Below, one piece after another: positions 42,796-53,044 of a DNA stretch of 64,000 nucleotides. Under the pieces are notes generated by a model. It saw only the letters and a list, made by a program, of their open reading frames with translations, ran no database searches and was not told the DNA's origin. This stretch comes from an uncultured Chlorobium sp. GTDB lineage: Bacteria; Bacteroidota; Chlorobiia; Chlorobiales; Chlorobiaceae. The translations under genes were made by a program, and so were the position numbers. The stretch is from assembly GCA_964451845.1 (NCBI GenBank), contig CAYVJF010000001.1, forward strand, positions 14,616 to 78,615, given 5' to 3'. How positions within the stretch are numbered: the first letter of the stretch is position 1; each line of letters starts with the position of its first letter.

Positions 42796-43881
42796 ATGAA
42801 AAAAACAGCACTCTATTCCTGGCACCTCGCGGCAGGCGCGAAGATGGTTGATTTTTGCGGTTACCTCATGCCGGTGCAGTATTCCGGAATTATTGCGGAG
42901 CATCAGTGTGTACGAAGCGGTGTCGGGCTTTTCGACGTGTCGCATATGGGTATCTTTTCCGTAAAAGGCGTTCGTTCCCTCGATTTTCTGCAATACATGA
43001 CAGCAAATGACGCGGCTGCTCTGAAGAACAGTCAGGCGCAGTACACCCTGATGCTCTATCCGAACGGTTGCATTATCGATGATCTTATTCTCTACCGGGT
43101 AGATCGTGAGACATGGTTTCTGATTGTCAATGCGGGCAACAGGGAAAAGGATTTCGATTGGCTGGAAGAACATATGCGGAACTTTGACGGGGTGATACTT
43201 GAAGATTTGTCCGACCGGCGCTCGCTTTTTGCCTTGCAGGGGCCGAAGTCGATGCAGGTGCTTAAGCGCGTGTTTCCTGCAATGGCCGTGGAACAGCTTT
43301 CTTCTTTTTATTTTCTGGAGACCGGCTTTGATGATACAACGGTCATCGTGGCTTGCACGGGCTACACCGGCGAGAAAGGTGTCGAAATATCAGTGCCCAA
43401 TGAGCGTGCCGAAATGTTATGGAACGCTCTCATACGGGAAGGGCGAGAGTTCGATATTCAGCCGATCGGGCTGGGAGCGCGGGATACGCTTCGTCTTGAA
43501 AAGGGCTATCCGCTTTATGGACATGAGATAAACGACACCACAACCCCTATCGAAACCAGGCTCAAATGGGTAACGAAATTCGATAAGGGGGATTTTGTTG
43601 GAAAAGACTCCTGCATGCAGGTTGACCGGAATCCTGAAAAAGCTCTTGTCGGGTTTATCATGAAGGAGCGGGCGATTCCGAGGCAGGGGCACAAGTTGTA
43701 TACGAGTGATAAAAAAGAGATAGGAACGGTTTGCAGCGGCACCATGTCGCCAACATTGAAAGCGCCTATAGGAACGGCGCACGTTCTCCGAAATTTCATG
43801 AAGCCGGAGACCCCTGTTTTTCTGGAGGTGAGGAACAGGCGGTTTCGGGGAAAGGTGGTGCGGCTGCCTTTTGTCAAATGA
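42796..43881 (+). CDS. gcvT: Glycine cleavage system T protein (aminomethyltransferase)
   Basis: GLFDVSHMG, IIDDL, VNAGN, LQGP, TGYTGE.G.E, GLGARDTLRLEKG.PLYG. Confidence 0.96.
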   Translation: MKKTALYSWHLAAGAKMVDFCGYLMPVQYSGIIAEHQCVRSGVGLFDVSHMGIFSVKGVRSLDFLQYMTANDAAALKNSQAQYTLMLYPNGCIIDDLILYRVDRETWFLIVNAGNREKDFDWLEEHMRNFDGVILEDLSDRRSLFALQGPKSMQVLKRVFPAMAVEQLSSFYFLETGFDDTTVIVACTGYTGEKGVEISVPNERAEMLWNALIREGREFDIQPIGLGARDTLRLEKGYPLYGHEINDTTTPIETRLKWVTKFDKGDFVGKDSCMQVDRNPEKALVGFIMKERAIPRQGHKLYTSDKKEIGTVCSGTMSPTLKAPIGTAHVLRNFMKPETPVFLEVRNRRFRGKVVRLPFVK

Positions 43882-43883
43882 TG

Positions 43884-43938
43884 AGGGCGTCTCGAAAAAC
43901 CTGTTCCGCAACTCGATAGCTGCGTTGGTCGGTGCTCG
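43884..43938. repeat. Truncated 55-bp end of the MITE-like family right after the gcvT stop
   Basis: AGGGCGTCTCGAAAAACCTGTTCCGCAACTCGATAGCTGCGTTGGTCGGTGCTCG aligns without gaps to the reverse complement of 32515-32569. Confidence 0.7.
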
Positions 43939-44061
43939 GCCAGCAGCTAAAAAAGCGGGGGTGAGTGCCAGCAGCGCAAATAGCATCGACAACAGAGCAG
44001 GCAGCCCCTCTTTTTTTGCAAAAAAAGGTATGCGAATGACGATTTCAGACAGAGCATCGAG

Positions 44062-46407
44062 ATGAACAAGGAAAAGCTGAAAAACGAGATCGCGGGAATT
44101 CTTCTGGGGGTTCTCGGTTTTTTTTACATCGGAGCTTTACTGTTCTATCATCCTGACGACAAAGCGATTCTCGGTGATTTGAGCTGGTATGATTTTTTCA
44201 GCCGGGAAGCAATGCAGACCGCTGCGGAACTGCATAATCCGTTCGGGTTGTTCGGGGCGCGTTTTGCCGGGCTCCTGATCGGTTCGTTTCTGGGTTATGT
44301 TTCGGTTCTTCCAGGTCTCGCCATTCTGCACTGGGGATGGTCGCTTTTGCGCCATAAAAGTCTCAAAGCGCCTTTTCTTTTTACACTGTATACGGTTTTG
44401 ATCTCGTTCGATGTCGCCGCCATCTTTGGGCTGACGACGGCGTCCTTCGGGGATGTCATGGCCGGCCCGGTCGGGCGGATGCTGGCGGCATTCTTTTCGA
44501 CCGTGATCGGCTATACCGGGGCGTGGATTTTGCTTCTGACGCTTTTTGTGCTGGCTACACTTGTTCTGGTGAGGGTTTTTGTCGAAAAACCGCTCGACAA
44601 GCTCGGTTCTCTCCGCTCGGTTCTCGGCTCTTTTGGCGCCGGTATCACGGGGCTGGGAGGTAAACTGTTCTCGTTCTTCAGATTCAAAAAAAAGCATGAT
44701 GCTGCGCAAGACGACGGTTTTTCTCAAGAGGGCGAAGAACCTCAGGAGCCTTTTGATCCGGCCGATCCGTTAGCGCGCGAAGCAGGTGAAGACGGAGAAG
44801 AATGGAAGTCATCTACGGAAGAAGATGTTTTGCAGGGTGAACACCATGAGGAGCCGGAAATAACAATCCGTGAAGGTGTTCACGAAAAAACAGCCGATCT
44901 CGATAAACGCAAGCGGAAGGTGAAAACAAAAGACAAGGTCGCCTACCGTTTTCCTTCGGTCGATCTTCTTCGCCATGTCCGTGAAGAAGATGACTATGTC
45001 GATGCAAAACTGCTCGAGGAAAGCAAGAGCCGGCTGCTCGACAAACTCAGTATCTACAAGGTCGAGGTTGTCAGAATCACTGCAACGGTAGGCCCGAGAG
45101 TAACGCTTTTCGAGCTGGAACTCGCTCCCGATGTCAAGGTGAGCAAGGTGACATCGCTGGAAAACGATCTCGCCATGGCGATGGCCGCAAGAGGAATTCG
45201 CATTATCGCGCCCATTCCCGGCAAAAACGCGGTGGGTGTGGAAATTCCTCACGGTAAACCGCGAACGGTATGGATGCGCTCCGTGCTCCAGGTCGAGAAA
45301 TTCAAAAACAACACAATGGCGCTGCCGGTCGTGCTCGGCAAGACCATCTCGAACGAGGTTTACCTCGACGACCTTTCCAGAATGCCGCATCTCCTGATTG
45401 CCGGGGCGACCGGTGCCGGGAAATCGGTCGGTATCAACGTTCTGCTGACCAGCCTGATCTATGCGTGCAGCCCGGACATGGTGAAGTTTGTGCTCATTGA
45501 TCCCAAGCGTGTCGAGCTCTTGCATTATCAGAACCTGAAAAACCATTTTCTCGTCAGGTTCCACGGACTTGACGAGCAGATTATCACCGATCCGGCAAAA
45601 GCGGTGTATGCGCTGCGCTCGGTGGAAAAAGAGATGGAGGTACGGTATGAGCAGCTCGAACACGCCGGTGTGCGCAACATCGCAGATTTAAACCGCCGCT
45701 ATCCCGATGAAGCGCTGCCGTACCTTGTCGTTGTGATCGATGAACTGGCCGATCTTATGATCACGGCCGGGCGGGATGTCGAGGAACCGATTACCCGGAT
45801 TGCGCAGCTTGCCAGAGCGGTCGGTATCCATCTTATCGTTGCGACGCAACGGCCTTCGGTGGACATCATTACCGGTGTTATCAAGGCGAACTTTCCCGCC
45901 AGGATTGCCTATCAGGTTGCAAGCAAGGTGGACTCCCGCACCATACTCGATGGATCGGGAGCCGAGCAGTTACTCGGCAACGGCGATATGCTCTATCAGC
46001 CGGCCTCGCAGCCGAAACCCGAGCGAATGCAGTCCCCCTATATTTCTGCAAACGAACTGGAACGAATCACCTCGTTCATTGGCGACCAGACCGGCTTGCA
46101 TAATATCTACCGGTTACCGCAACCCGATATGGGCGAAAAAAGCAACGCCTTCCGGAACGATGAAATCCAGGATAAAAGCCGGCGAGACAGTATGTTCGAA
46201 GAAGCCGCCCATCTTGTGGTGATGCATCAGCAGGGCAGCGTTTCACTGCTTCAGCGAAGGCTCAAGCTGGGCTTCAGCCGGGCGGCGCGAATTATGGACC
46301 AGATGGAGGTTTGCGGGATTGTCGGCCCTGCCGATGGCAGCAAGGCGCGTGAAGTGCTTGTCAACAATCATGATGCACTGGAGCTGCTTCTGCGAAACCT
46401 TGACTGA
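44062..46407 (+). CDS. ftsK: DNA translocase FtsK
   Basis: N-terminal TM domain, GATGAGKS, IDELADLM, ATQRPS, GAEQLLG.GDML, gamma domain SVSLLQRRLK.G..RA. Confidence 0.96.
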   Translation: MNKEKLKNEIAGILLGVLGFFYIGALLFYHPDDKAILGDLSWYDFFSREAMQTAAELHNPFGLFGARFAGLLIGSFLGYVSVLPGLAILHWGWSLLRHKSLKAPFLFTLYTVLISFDVAAIFGLTTASFGDVMAGPVGRMLAAFFSTVIGYTGAWILLLTLFVLATLVLVRVFVEKPLDKLGSLRSVLGSFGAGITGLGGKLFSFFRFKKKHDAAQDDGFSQEGEEPQEPFDPADPLAREAGEDGEEWKSSTEEDVLQGEHHEEPEITIREGVHEKTADLDKRKRKVKTKDKVAYRFPSVDLLRHVREEDDYVDAKLLEESKSRLLDKLSIYKVEVVRITATVGPRVTLFELELAPDVKVSKVTSLENDLAMAMAARGIRIIAPIPGKNAVGVEIPHGKPRTVWMRSVLQVEKFKNNTMALPVVLGKTISNEVYLDDLSRMPHLLIAGATGAGKSVGINVLLTSLIYACSPDMVKFVLIDPKRVELLHYQNLKNHFLVRFHGLDEQIITDPAKAVYALRSVEKEMEVRYEQLEHAGVRNIADLNRRYPDEALPYLVVVIDELADLMITAGRDVEEPITRIAQLARAVGIHLIVATQRPSVDIITGVIKANFPARIAYQVASKVDSRTILDGSGAEQLLGNGDMLYQPASQPKPERMQSPYISANELERITSFIGDQTGLHNIYRLPQPDMGEKSNAFRNDEIQDKSRRDSMFEEAAHLVVMHQQGSVSLLQRRLKLGFSRAARIMDQMEVCGIVGPADGSKAREVLVNNHDALELLLRNLD

Positions 46408-46510
46408 GGCGGTATGAAAAAAAACTATTTTTTGTTTTTTCTTGCTTACACTTCATATTAGGTCATACGGATTATGACAGTTCTTTTTTTGACATAAAAA
46501 CATCATACTT

Positions 46511-46771
46511 ATGAGTACCACAAAAGATTACCTGCCTGATACCGATCCGCTCTACGACAGAGTCATTAACGCGCTCGAAGAGGTGCGCCCTTACCTTCAG
46601 GCTGATGGGGGAGATTGCCAACTGGTTGGTATAACAGCAGACAAGGTTGTCGATGTCAAGCTGCTCGGTGCATGCGGTTCGTGCCCGATGAGCACGCTGA
46701 CGCTTCGCGCAGGTGTTGAGCAGGCTATCAAGAAAGCTATTCCGGAAATCTCGAGAGTCGAGGCGATCTGA
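46511..46771 (+). CDS. NifU C-terminal domain / NfuA-type Fe-S scaffold
   Basis: VRPYLQADGGD, GACGSCPMS..TL..GVE. Confidence 0.9.
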   Translation: MSTTKDYLPDTDPLYDRVINALEEVRPYLQADGGDCQLVGITADKVVDVKLLGACGSCPMSTLTLRAGVEQAIKKAIPEISRVEAI

Positions 46772-46985
46772 CGGGCTTGTGCCGCGATAAACGGTTTTAC
46801 AGTAAGACTTTACAGTAATCAATTCCACACGCTTACATCCGGGTTTGATTGCTGTATTCATTTCTGGCAGCGCCTTGGTAATTACCGGAGAGCTGGCCAG
46901 GAAGGTAGCGTGAGTAGTTGTGAAGTATTTGAATCTTTTTATAGATTAATGATGTTGCACCGCTTTTCAATTCACGGCTTTCACG

Positions 46986-47480
46986 ATGGACATTCGCGGC
47001 AGAATAGCAGCCAGACTCAGCATGACCAGGGCGGAGGTAACCGTTATATCGGCGCTTCTCTTTTTTCTCATTCTCGGTATCGTTATCAACAGCGGACGGT
47101 CATGGCAGAAAGCGCGGCTGTTCGAGAGCACAGAAGAGCACGCGGAGCGGTTTCTCGACGCTGAGGTTGACAGCCTTCTGAAAGAGGCGGTTCTTCTCGA
47201 AGCAGCGCTTGCCGCATCCGGCGCGCAAGCTCCGCATATCCAGCGGGAAATCAACACAGAACGAAAGCCATTGCCGGTTTCTCACAAGATTATGTTTTCC
47301 AATGCAACCGCAGATGAACTGAAAAGTATTCCCGGCATCAGTACGGTATTAGCCGGGAGACTGATTGCTTTCAGACAGGGAAAGGAAGGGAAGATAGAAC
47401 AACTGTCGGATTTGCTGGAAGTGAAAGGTATCGGCAGCAAAAAACTGGAAGTGCTTGGTGAGTATCTTATCCTTGAGTAA
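46986..47480 (+). CDS. ComEA-like helix-hairpin-helix DNA-binding protein
   Basis: N-terminal TM helix, NATADELKSIPGI...A, LLEVKGIG. Confidence 0.8.
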   Translation: MDIRGRIAARLSMTRAEVTVISALLFFLILGIVINSGRSWQKARLFESTEEHAERFLDAEVDSLLKEAVLLEAALAASGAQAPHIQREINTERKPLPVSHKIMFSNATADELKSIPGISTVLAGRLIAFRQGKEGKIEQLSDLLEVKGIGSKKLEVLGEYLILE

Positions 47481-48356
47481 ATGAGTATTACATCTCACGC
47501 ATGCGCAATAGATGCTGAATCGACCGCAATTGCAACGGTGGTTTACCGTGAAAACCAGGGTTACAGCATCGAGGAATGCAGAACGCTTCGTGCAGGGGCG
47601 AACGAGTTTTCGGGCAGGAACAGCGAGCGGGCTTTTCGAAAACTCTCCTCGCTGTTAAAGAAACTTGCTATCGAGAGCATGTCCATTTCCCTGCAACCTT
47701 CCCGTTTTTTTCCGCTGGAGTCGCACTTTTCCCGCACCTTCTCCAGCAGTTTGTTTACGGCTCACTGCCGGGCCGAAGCCTCTCTATTGCTGAAGAAGCC
47801 CGAACAATACCTGCATGATTACCTGCCGTACGCCGCTCTTGCCGATGATCGCTCTTTCAGCCGTTATCTCCTGATCTTTTCTCCAGCCGAACTGTTTCAG
47901 AGAACAACGGTCGCACTCCGTTCATGTTGTTCGGTCAACAGCATATCGCACTATTTCAAGCCGATGATCCTGAGCCTTGCCGCCACGATGCAGCCCTTCC
48001 GGCTCTTGGAGCTTGAGGATAACTATCTGACGTTTTGTGCAGGAAGTCACGGGGAGCTGGAATATTTTCAGTACTGGCAGTTGAACCACCCCGACGATGC
48101 CGGATATTTTGCGCTGCGGGAAATAGCATCGTCCCCGGAGCGCCGGGGTTATCCTGTCTATATCACAGGATCCCGTTCGATTGACAACGCCTTGCCGGAT
48201 TCCATAGTAGCCTCGGCGGGAAAAAAGCTGACACGGTTTACCGTTCAGGAACTGTTTTCAATGAAGAAAAATGTTCGGGCTTCCTGCAGTTCGCTGCTGG
48301 AAAACAAGGCGTTATGCACCGCTCTCGCCGAGCTTCAGGCTCAATTGCCCTCATAG
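47481..48356 (+). CDS. Hypothetical protein (possible PilM/actin-like fold)
   Basis: 291-aa open frame immediately after comEA; N-terminal ACAIDAES beta-strand is only weakly reminiscent of actin-fold proteins. Confidence 0.6.
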   Translation: MSITSHACAIDAESTAIATVVYRENQGYSIEECRTLRAGANEFSGRNSERAFRKLSSLLKKLAIESMSISLQPSRFFPLESHFSRTFSSSLFTAHCRAEASLLLKKPEQYLHDYLPYAALADDRSFSRYLLIFSPAELFQRTTVALRSCCSVNSISHYFKPMILSLAATMQPFRLLELEDNYLTFCAGSHGELEYFQYWQLNHPDDAGYFALREIASSPERRGYPVYITGSRSIDNALPDSIVASAGKKLTRFTVQELFSMKKNVRASCSSLLENKALCTALAELQAQLPS

Positions 48357-49370
48357 CTTGCCAACGAGCTGTTCGGCAATCTGGACAGCGTTGGTTGCCG
48401 CACCTTTACGCAGATTATCAGCAACAATCCACATATTCAGTGTGTTCGGATGCCAGTAATCCCTTCGGATGCGTCCGACGAACACATCGTCTTTTTGATA
48501 GGAAGTGAGCGGCATGGGATAGAGGTTTCGAGAAGGATCGTCCTGAACAGCGATTCCCGGAGCCTCTGCAAGCTCTTCCCTGATTTTTTCGATGTCGAAA
48601 TCATTCTCGAATTCGATATTCAGTGATTCTCCATGCCCGCCGTACACAGGAATGCGCACCGTTGTCGGAGAAATACTCAACGCGTTGTCGCCCATGATCT
48701 TGCGGGTCTCGTTGACCATTTTCATTTCCTCTTTCGTGTAACCGTTCTCCTGAAAAAGATCGATATGCGGAATGGCATTAAAGGCGATCGGGTGAAGATG
48801 CACATACGATTCCGGCCTGTTTCCGGCAAGTTCATCTTCCAGCGCGTCACGGCCAGCCTTTCCTTTGCCGGTAACCGATTGATAGGTTGAAACAACCACT
48901 CTTCGGATACGGTAGCGGTCGTGCAGCGGTTTGAGGACAACGACCATCTGGATTGTCGAACAGTTGGGATTTGCAATAATCTTTTTTGGCGAGTTGTCCG
49001 GCTCAAAAATACTTTCCGGATTGACCTCGGGAACAACCAGAGGTACGTCAGGATTCATACGAAAAGCGGACGAATTATCGATAACGACCGCTCCTGCTTC
49101 CGCGGCGACCGTCGCCCAGATTTTGCTTGCTTCCGAACCTGCCGAAAAAAGGGCGATGTCCGTTTTGCTGAATATTTCCGGGGATGGCGCCTCGACCGGA
49201 ACCTTTGTATCCTTGAACGTCACGTCTTTGCCGCGGCTTCGCGCTGAAGCAAGCGGCACGATGTCACGTACCGGAAAATCACATTCCTCGAGAACCTGGA
49301 GCATGGTTCTGCCGACAAGTCCTGTCGCCCCGAGAACTGCTACGGTGTATTTTTTTTCTGTAAGGCTCAT
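48351..49370 (-). CDS. asd: Aspartate-semialdehyde dehydrogenase
   Basis: VAVLGATGLVG, IDNSSAFR, NPNCST, STYQSVTG.G, RIPV..GH, DNLRKGAA.NA; start ATG 49370. Confidence 0.96.
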   Translation of the reverse strand: MSLTEKKYTVAVLGATGLVGRTMLQVLEECDFPVRDIVPLASARSRGKDVTFKDTKVPVEAPSPEIFSKTDIALFSAGSEASKIWATVAAEAGAVVIDNSSAFRMNPDVPLVVPEVNPESIFEPDNSPKKIIANPNCSTIQMVVVLKPLHDRYRIRRVVVSTYQSVTGKGKAGRDALEDELAGNRPESYVHLHPIAFNAIPHIDLFQENGYTKEEMKMVNETRKIMGDNALSISPTTVRIPVYGGHGESLNIEFENDFDIEKIREELAEAPGIAVQDDPSRNLYPMPLTSYQKDDVFVGRIRRDYWHPNTLNMWIVADNLRKGAATNAVQIAEQLVGKL

Positions 49371-49576
49371 TGTGTGTACTCTCGAATTGTTCTCTCTGTG
49401 TTGTAACAAATATCCTTGATAAAACGGCAGTGCGTTGGATGAGTCCTGCTCGCATAAGGCATCGGGACAAGACGCAGTGCCTGCCACAACGCTCCGGGAA
49501 CATTCCATCCCCGCCATCGCACCCCTCTTTCTTCACCGCGAAGCTAAGATATATTGATTTGACAAGCAAGCGTTTT

Positions 49577-49630
49577 GGGTGCCTCTCTCAATTTATTCCG
49601 CACGCTCATGACAATTTGGAGAGACGCCCT
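49577..49630. repeat. Internally deleted 54-bp copy of the MITE-like element; forms a hairpin downstream of mfd
   Basis: GGGTGCCTCTCTCAATTTATTCCGCA joined to CGCTCATGACAATTTGGAGAGACGCCCT, i.e. the two outer arms of 32425-32569 (reverse orientation) without the 90-bp core. Confidence 0.75.
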
Positions 49631-49647
49631 TTCGGTTTACTGCTTTG

Positions 49648-52600
49648 TCAGCTGGAAAGAATCGAGTTCAGCAACGAGCCGTACTCTTCCATGAGTCCGG
49701 TTGGTTCGAGTTCGGTTTTTTGGGGGAGATGAAGCAGCAACTGCATCGACTTGCCTTCCTGAAAGCGCGGGCGATAGGTCTGCATCCATTCGGACTGAAC
49801 GGCGACGATCAATTTCTGAAAGAATTCCCGGTTATAGAAATCACTCTGGTTGTCACCGGGCAGGTGCAGCCGGCAGCTTTCGGGTTGCAGGTCTACTTTG
49901 ACGAGGCCGATCTTCGAGCAAAGGTTTTTCAGCTTTGCGAGTCCGAGCAGGTTTTCCGCTTCACGGGGAAGCGGGCCGAATCGGTCGCGTAATTCGAGAG
50001 CGATGGCGTCGATCTCTTTGTCGGTCGGACTCTTTGCTATTTTTTCATAGAAAGCAAACCGCTCGTCCGCTGCCGATACGTAAGAATCCGGAAGAAGCGC
50101 ATCGAAATAAAAGGTCATGTCGGTGCCGCCTGCGGGCTGTGGCTGCTGTTCTCGGTTGTTTGAGAAAAGCTGGCTGAATTCGCCGGTTTTCAGTTCGAGA
50201 ACCGCTTCTTCGAGAAGCTTCTGATACAGGTCGAAACCAAGCTCATGAATGGCGCCGGACTGTTCGGCGCCGAGCAGGTTCCCTGCCCCCCGTATATCGA
50301 GGTCGCGCAAGGCAATGTTGAAACCGGAGCCAAGCTCGGTAAAACTTTCTATGACGGCCAGACGCTGCACGGCCTCTCTCTTGAGCGTGTGGAGGGGCGG
50401 GATGACGAGATAGCTGTACGCCTTGCGTTCGCTTCTGCCGACCCTTCCCCTTAGCTGATAGAGATCGGAAAGGCCGAACATGTCGGCGCGGTTGATGATG
50501 ATGGTGTTCGCATTCGATATATCCAGCCCTGATCCGATGATGGTTGTCGAGATGAGAATATCGAGGTCGCGGTTGATAAAATCCATCATCACGTTTTCAA
50601 GCTCTCTGGTCGGCATTTGTCCGTGGGCGATATTCATTCTCGCCTCGGGAACCAGTTCCCTGAGCGTATTCTGGATTTCGTCCAGTCCTGCAATGCGGTT
50701 ATGGAGAAAAAAAACCTGTCCCTTGCGGTGTATCTCTCGCTGTATCGCCGAGCGAAGGGTTTCAGGATCGAACTGTGTGATGATGGTTTCAACAGGCTGC
50801 CGGTTTCTCGGGGCTGTTGCAACAAGAGAAAGGTCTCGCGCCCCGAGCATGGAAAACTGTAACGTTCTCGGGATAGGTGTCGCCGACATGGTGAGCGTAT
50901 CGACGCCGGGAAAACTCTGGCGCAGCTTTTCTTTTGTGGCGACGCCGAAATGCTGCTCTTCGTCGATAATCAGCAGGCCGAGGTCCTGGAAAGTAACATC
51001 CTTGGAGACAAGCCGGTGTGTGCCGATAACGATATCGAAGAGGCCGCGGGAAATTTTTTCGAGGAGCGGCTTTTGCTCTTTTCTGGAGACAAACCGGCTC
51101 AGGACAGCGATGCTGATCGGAAAGTTCTCGAATCGCTGCCGGAACGTATCGAAATGCTGGTGCGCCAGGATCGTGGTCGGGGTGAGCACGGCAACCTGTT
51201 TTTTCGATTCGATCGCCTTGAATGCGGCGCGCATCGCGATTTCGGTTTTGCCGAACCCGGCATCGCCGCAGATCAGCCGGTCCATCGGTGAGCCGGACTG
51301 CATATCTTTTTTAACCTCGTCGATGGTTTTCAACTGGTCGGGGGTTTCATCGAAAATGAAAGCAGCGTCAAACTCTCGCTGGAAAATGGAGTCGGGGCCA
51401 AAAGCAAAGCCGGGAGTCATTTTCCGTTTCGCATACAGTTTGATGAGCTTGGCTGCGATATCCTTGAGCCTTTTTTTTGTTTTCTCTTTCTTCGCTTTCC
51501 ATTTTGAACTTCCCAGTTTTGAAAGCGTGGGAAGAGCGTTTTCCGAAGCGGTATATTTCGAAAGAAGCCCGATGTTCTGGATATTGACGTAGAGACAATC
51601 GCCGCCCTGGTATTCTACGAGGACGCTTTCCTGTTCGGAATTGCCCACTTCGATGGTATCGAGCGCCTTGAAAATGCCGATTCCATACTCTTCATGAACG
51701 ATGTAGTCTCCCAGCTTCAGTTTCTGCAGGTCTTTGAGGGAAATACCCTTGAAGACTCTTTTTTTATGAGACTTTTTCGCATGCAGTTTCCCGAAGATGT
51801 CTGATTCGGTAAAGACGTCGAGGCCATTGAAAAGAAAGCCTGAGTGCAGGTTGAGCGCAACCCAGTTGATCTCGATCTGTGCTTTTTCTTCGCCGTCGCC
51901 AATTTCGTCGATAACGAATTCTGCAAGTTCCTCGATTTCTTTTTTCGAGCCGCCGACAAAAACCTTGTTTTCCCTGCCCGTTTTGTTTCGGCTCAACTCT
52001 TGCGAGAAGAGTTTGAAATTGGCGTTAAATCTTTTCTGAGGTTCCGCATTGAAATCGAGAGGCTGTTTTTCAAGGCGGTTGAGAGAAATGCATTGAAAAT
52101 CTTTTACTTTTGTTTCAACAGCAGCCAGGGCTTCATGAGAACTGAGGGCGGTGATATCGTCGATAAGCACGGCCGTCCGGGAGGGAAGATGGTCGAGAAG
52201 AGTCCAGGATTCGCGGGACGCATCACCGGTGTTGTCGAGCACAAAATTTCCTGTCAGGACGACCGAATCGAGTGCTGCGCCGGAAAGCTGGCTGTCGGTG
52301 TCGAAAGAGCGCAGTGAGGTGATGCAGTCTCCGAAAAATTCAAGACGAAGAGGGTTCCGGGAGCCAAAAGGGTAGATATCGAAAACGGAGCCTCGCGCGG
52401 AGAATTCCCCTTCGTTTTCGACAAACTCTTTTTTGAAATAACCGTTTCGGGACAGAAACAGCGAGAGCTTTTCATAGCCCACGTCCCTGTTGTTTTCGAG
52501 AGTAAACAACCGTGAGCTCGAACTCGCCGGATCGACAAGCGGTGTCAGGAAATCATCAAATGTTGCAAGAAGCGCTATATTTCGCTGTTCGGAAAGCGCA

Positions 52601-52965
52601 CCGAGCGCCGGCGAAAGTTCATCGGCCGCAGTATAAACGCGGTCAGATCCGATCAATTCGGAAAGATCGGTATCATAGAGATCGAAGACATCCTGTGATG
52701 CGATGACGAGAAGCGGAGCTTGCATCTCGCTGTAGAGCGTGGCGGCAAAGAGGGAAGAGAGAGAACCCTGCATTCCGGAGATGCTGATTGCAGATGGCGG
52801 CGCCGATCGGCTGGCGGGCGATTGCAGTTTTTGTTGAATTGCATCGAAGGCCGGATGTTTTCTGAGAATATCGAGCAGGTATGAAGGTTTTCTTCTGGTA
52901 ACCGATGTGGTCGTATGGCGTCGAGAGCTATTCTGGCCGTCTTCAAAAGTATCTGAATCTTGCAT
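49648..52965 (-). CDS. mfd: Transcription-repair coupling factor
   Basis: RGSVFDIYP, CarD-like RID domain, [38 protein letters not shown]-terminal domain. Confidence 0.96.
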   Translation of the reverse strand: MQDSDTFEDGQNSSRRHTTTSVTRRKPSYLLDILRKHPAFDAIQQKLQSPASRSAPPSAISISGMQGSLSSLFAATLYSEMQAPLLVIASQDVFDLYDTDLSELIGSDRVYTAADELSPALGALSEQRNIALLATFDDFLTPLVDPASSSSRLFTLENNRDVGYEKLSLFLSRNGYFKKEFVENEGEFSARGSVFDIYPFGSRNPLRLEFFGDCITSLRSFDTDSQLSGAALDSVVLTGNFVLDNTGDASRESWTLLDHLPSRTAVLIDDITALSSHEALAAVETKVKDFQCISLNRLEKQPLDFNAEPQKRFNANFKLFSQELSRNKTGRENKVFVGGSKKEIEELAEFVIDEIGDGEEKAQIEINWVALNLHSGFLFNGLDVFTESDIFGKLHAKKSHKKRVFKGISLKDLQKLKLGDYIVHEEYGIGIFKALDTIEVGNSEQESVLVEYQGGDCLYVNIQNIGLLSKYTASENALPTLSKLGSSKWKAKKEKTKKRLKDIAAKLIKLYAKRKMTPGFAFGPDSIFQREFDAAFIFDETPDQLKTIDEVKKDMQSGSPMDRLICGDAGFGKTEIAMRAAFKAIESKKQVAVLTPTTILAHQHFDTFRQRFENFPISIAVLSRFVSRKEQKPLLEKISRGLFDIVIGTHRLVSKDVTFQDLGLLIIDEEQHFGVATKEKLRQSFPGVDTLTMSATPIPRTLQFSMLGARDLSLVATAPRNRQPVETIITQFDPETLRSAIQREIHRKGQVFFLHNRIAGLDEIQNTLRELVPEARMNIAHGQMPTRELENVMMDFINRDLDILISTTIIGSGLDISNANTIIINRADMFGLSDLYQLRGRVGRSERKAYSYLVIPPLHTLKREAVQRLAVIESFTELGSGFNIALRDLDIRGAGNLLGAEQSGAIHELGFDLYQKLLEEAVLELKTGEFSQLFSNNREQQPQPAGGTDMTFYFDALLPDSYVSAADERFAFYEKIAKSPTDKEIDAIALELRDRFGPLPREAENLLGLAKLKNLCSKIGLVKVDLQPESCRLHLPGDNQSDFYNREFFQKLIVAVQSEWMQTYRPRFQEGKSMQLLLHLPQKTELEPTGLMEEYGSLLNSILSS

Positions 52966-53044
52966 AACCTGTTTCTTCTATGAGTTCCTTCGTTTTGGCC
53001 GGCTTGTGCTTTGGTCGCCCACGTCATTGAGAGACGCCCATGCG

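Noticed and set aside
44010-44027. Perfect 18-bp palindrome CTTTTTTTGCAAAAAAAG upstream of ftsK
   Set aside because: Consists almost entirely of homopolymer runs; low information content.
46860-46920. Possible SRP (4.5S) or 6S RNA between nifU and comEA
   Set aside because: Only a partial GCCAGGAAGG resemblance; the SRP helix-8 core and long closing stem are absent.
48351-49517. Long upstream start for asd (also engB at 5421, valS at 22422, oppD at 52907)
   Set aside because: The extensions lack homology; downstream ATGs match the family N-termini.
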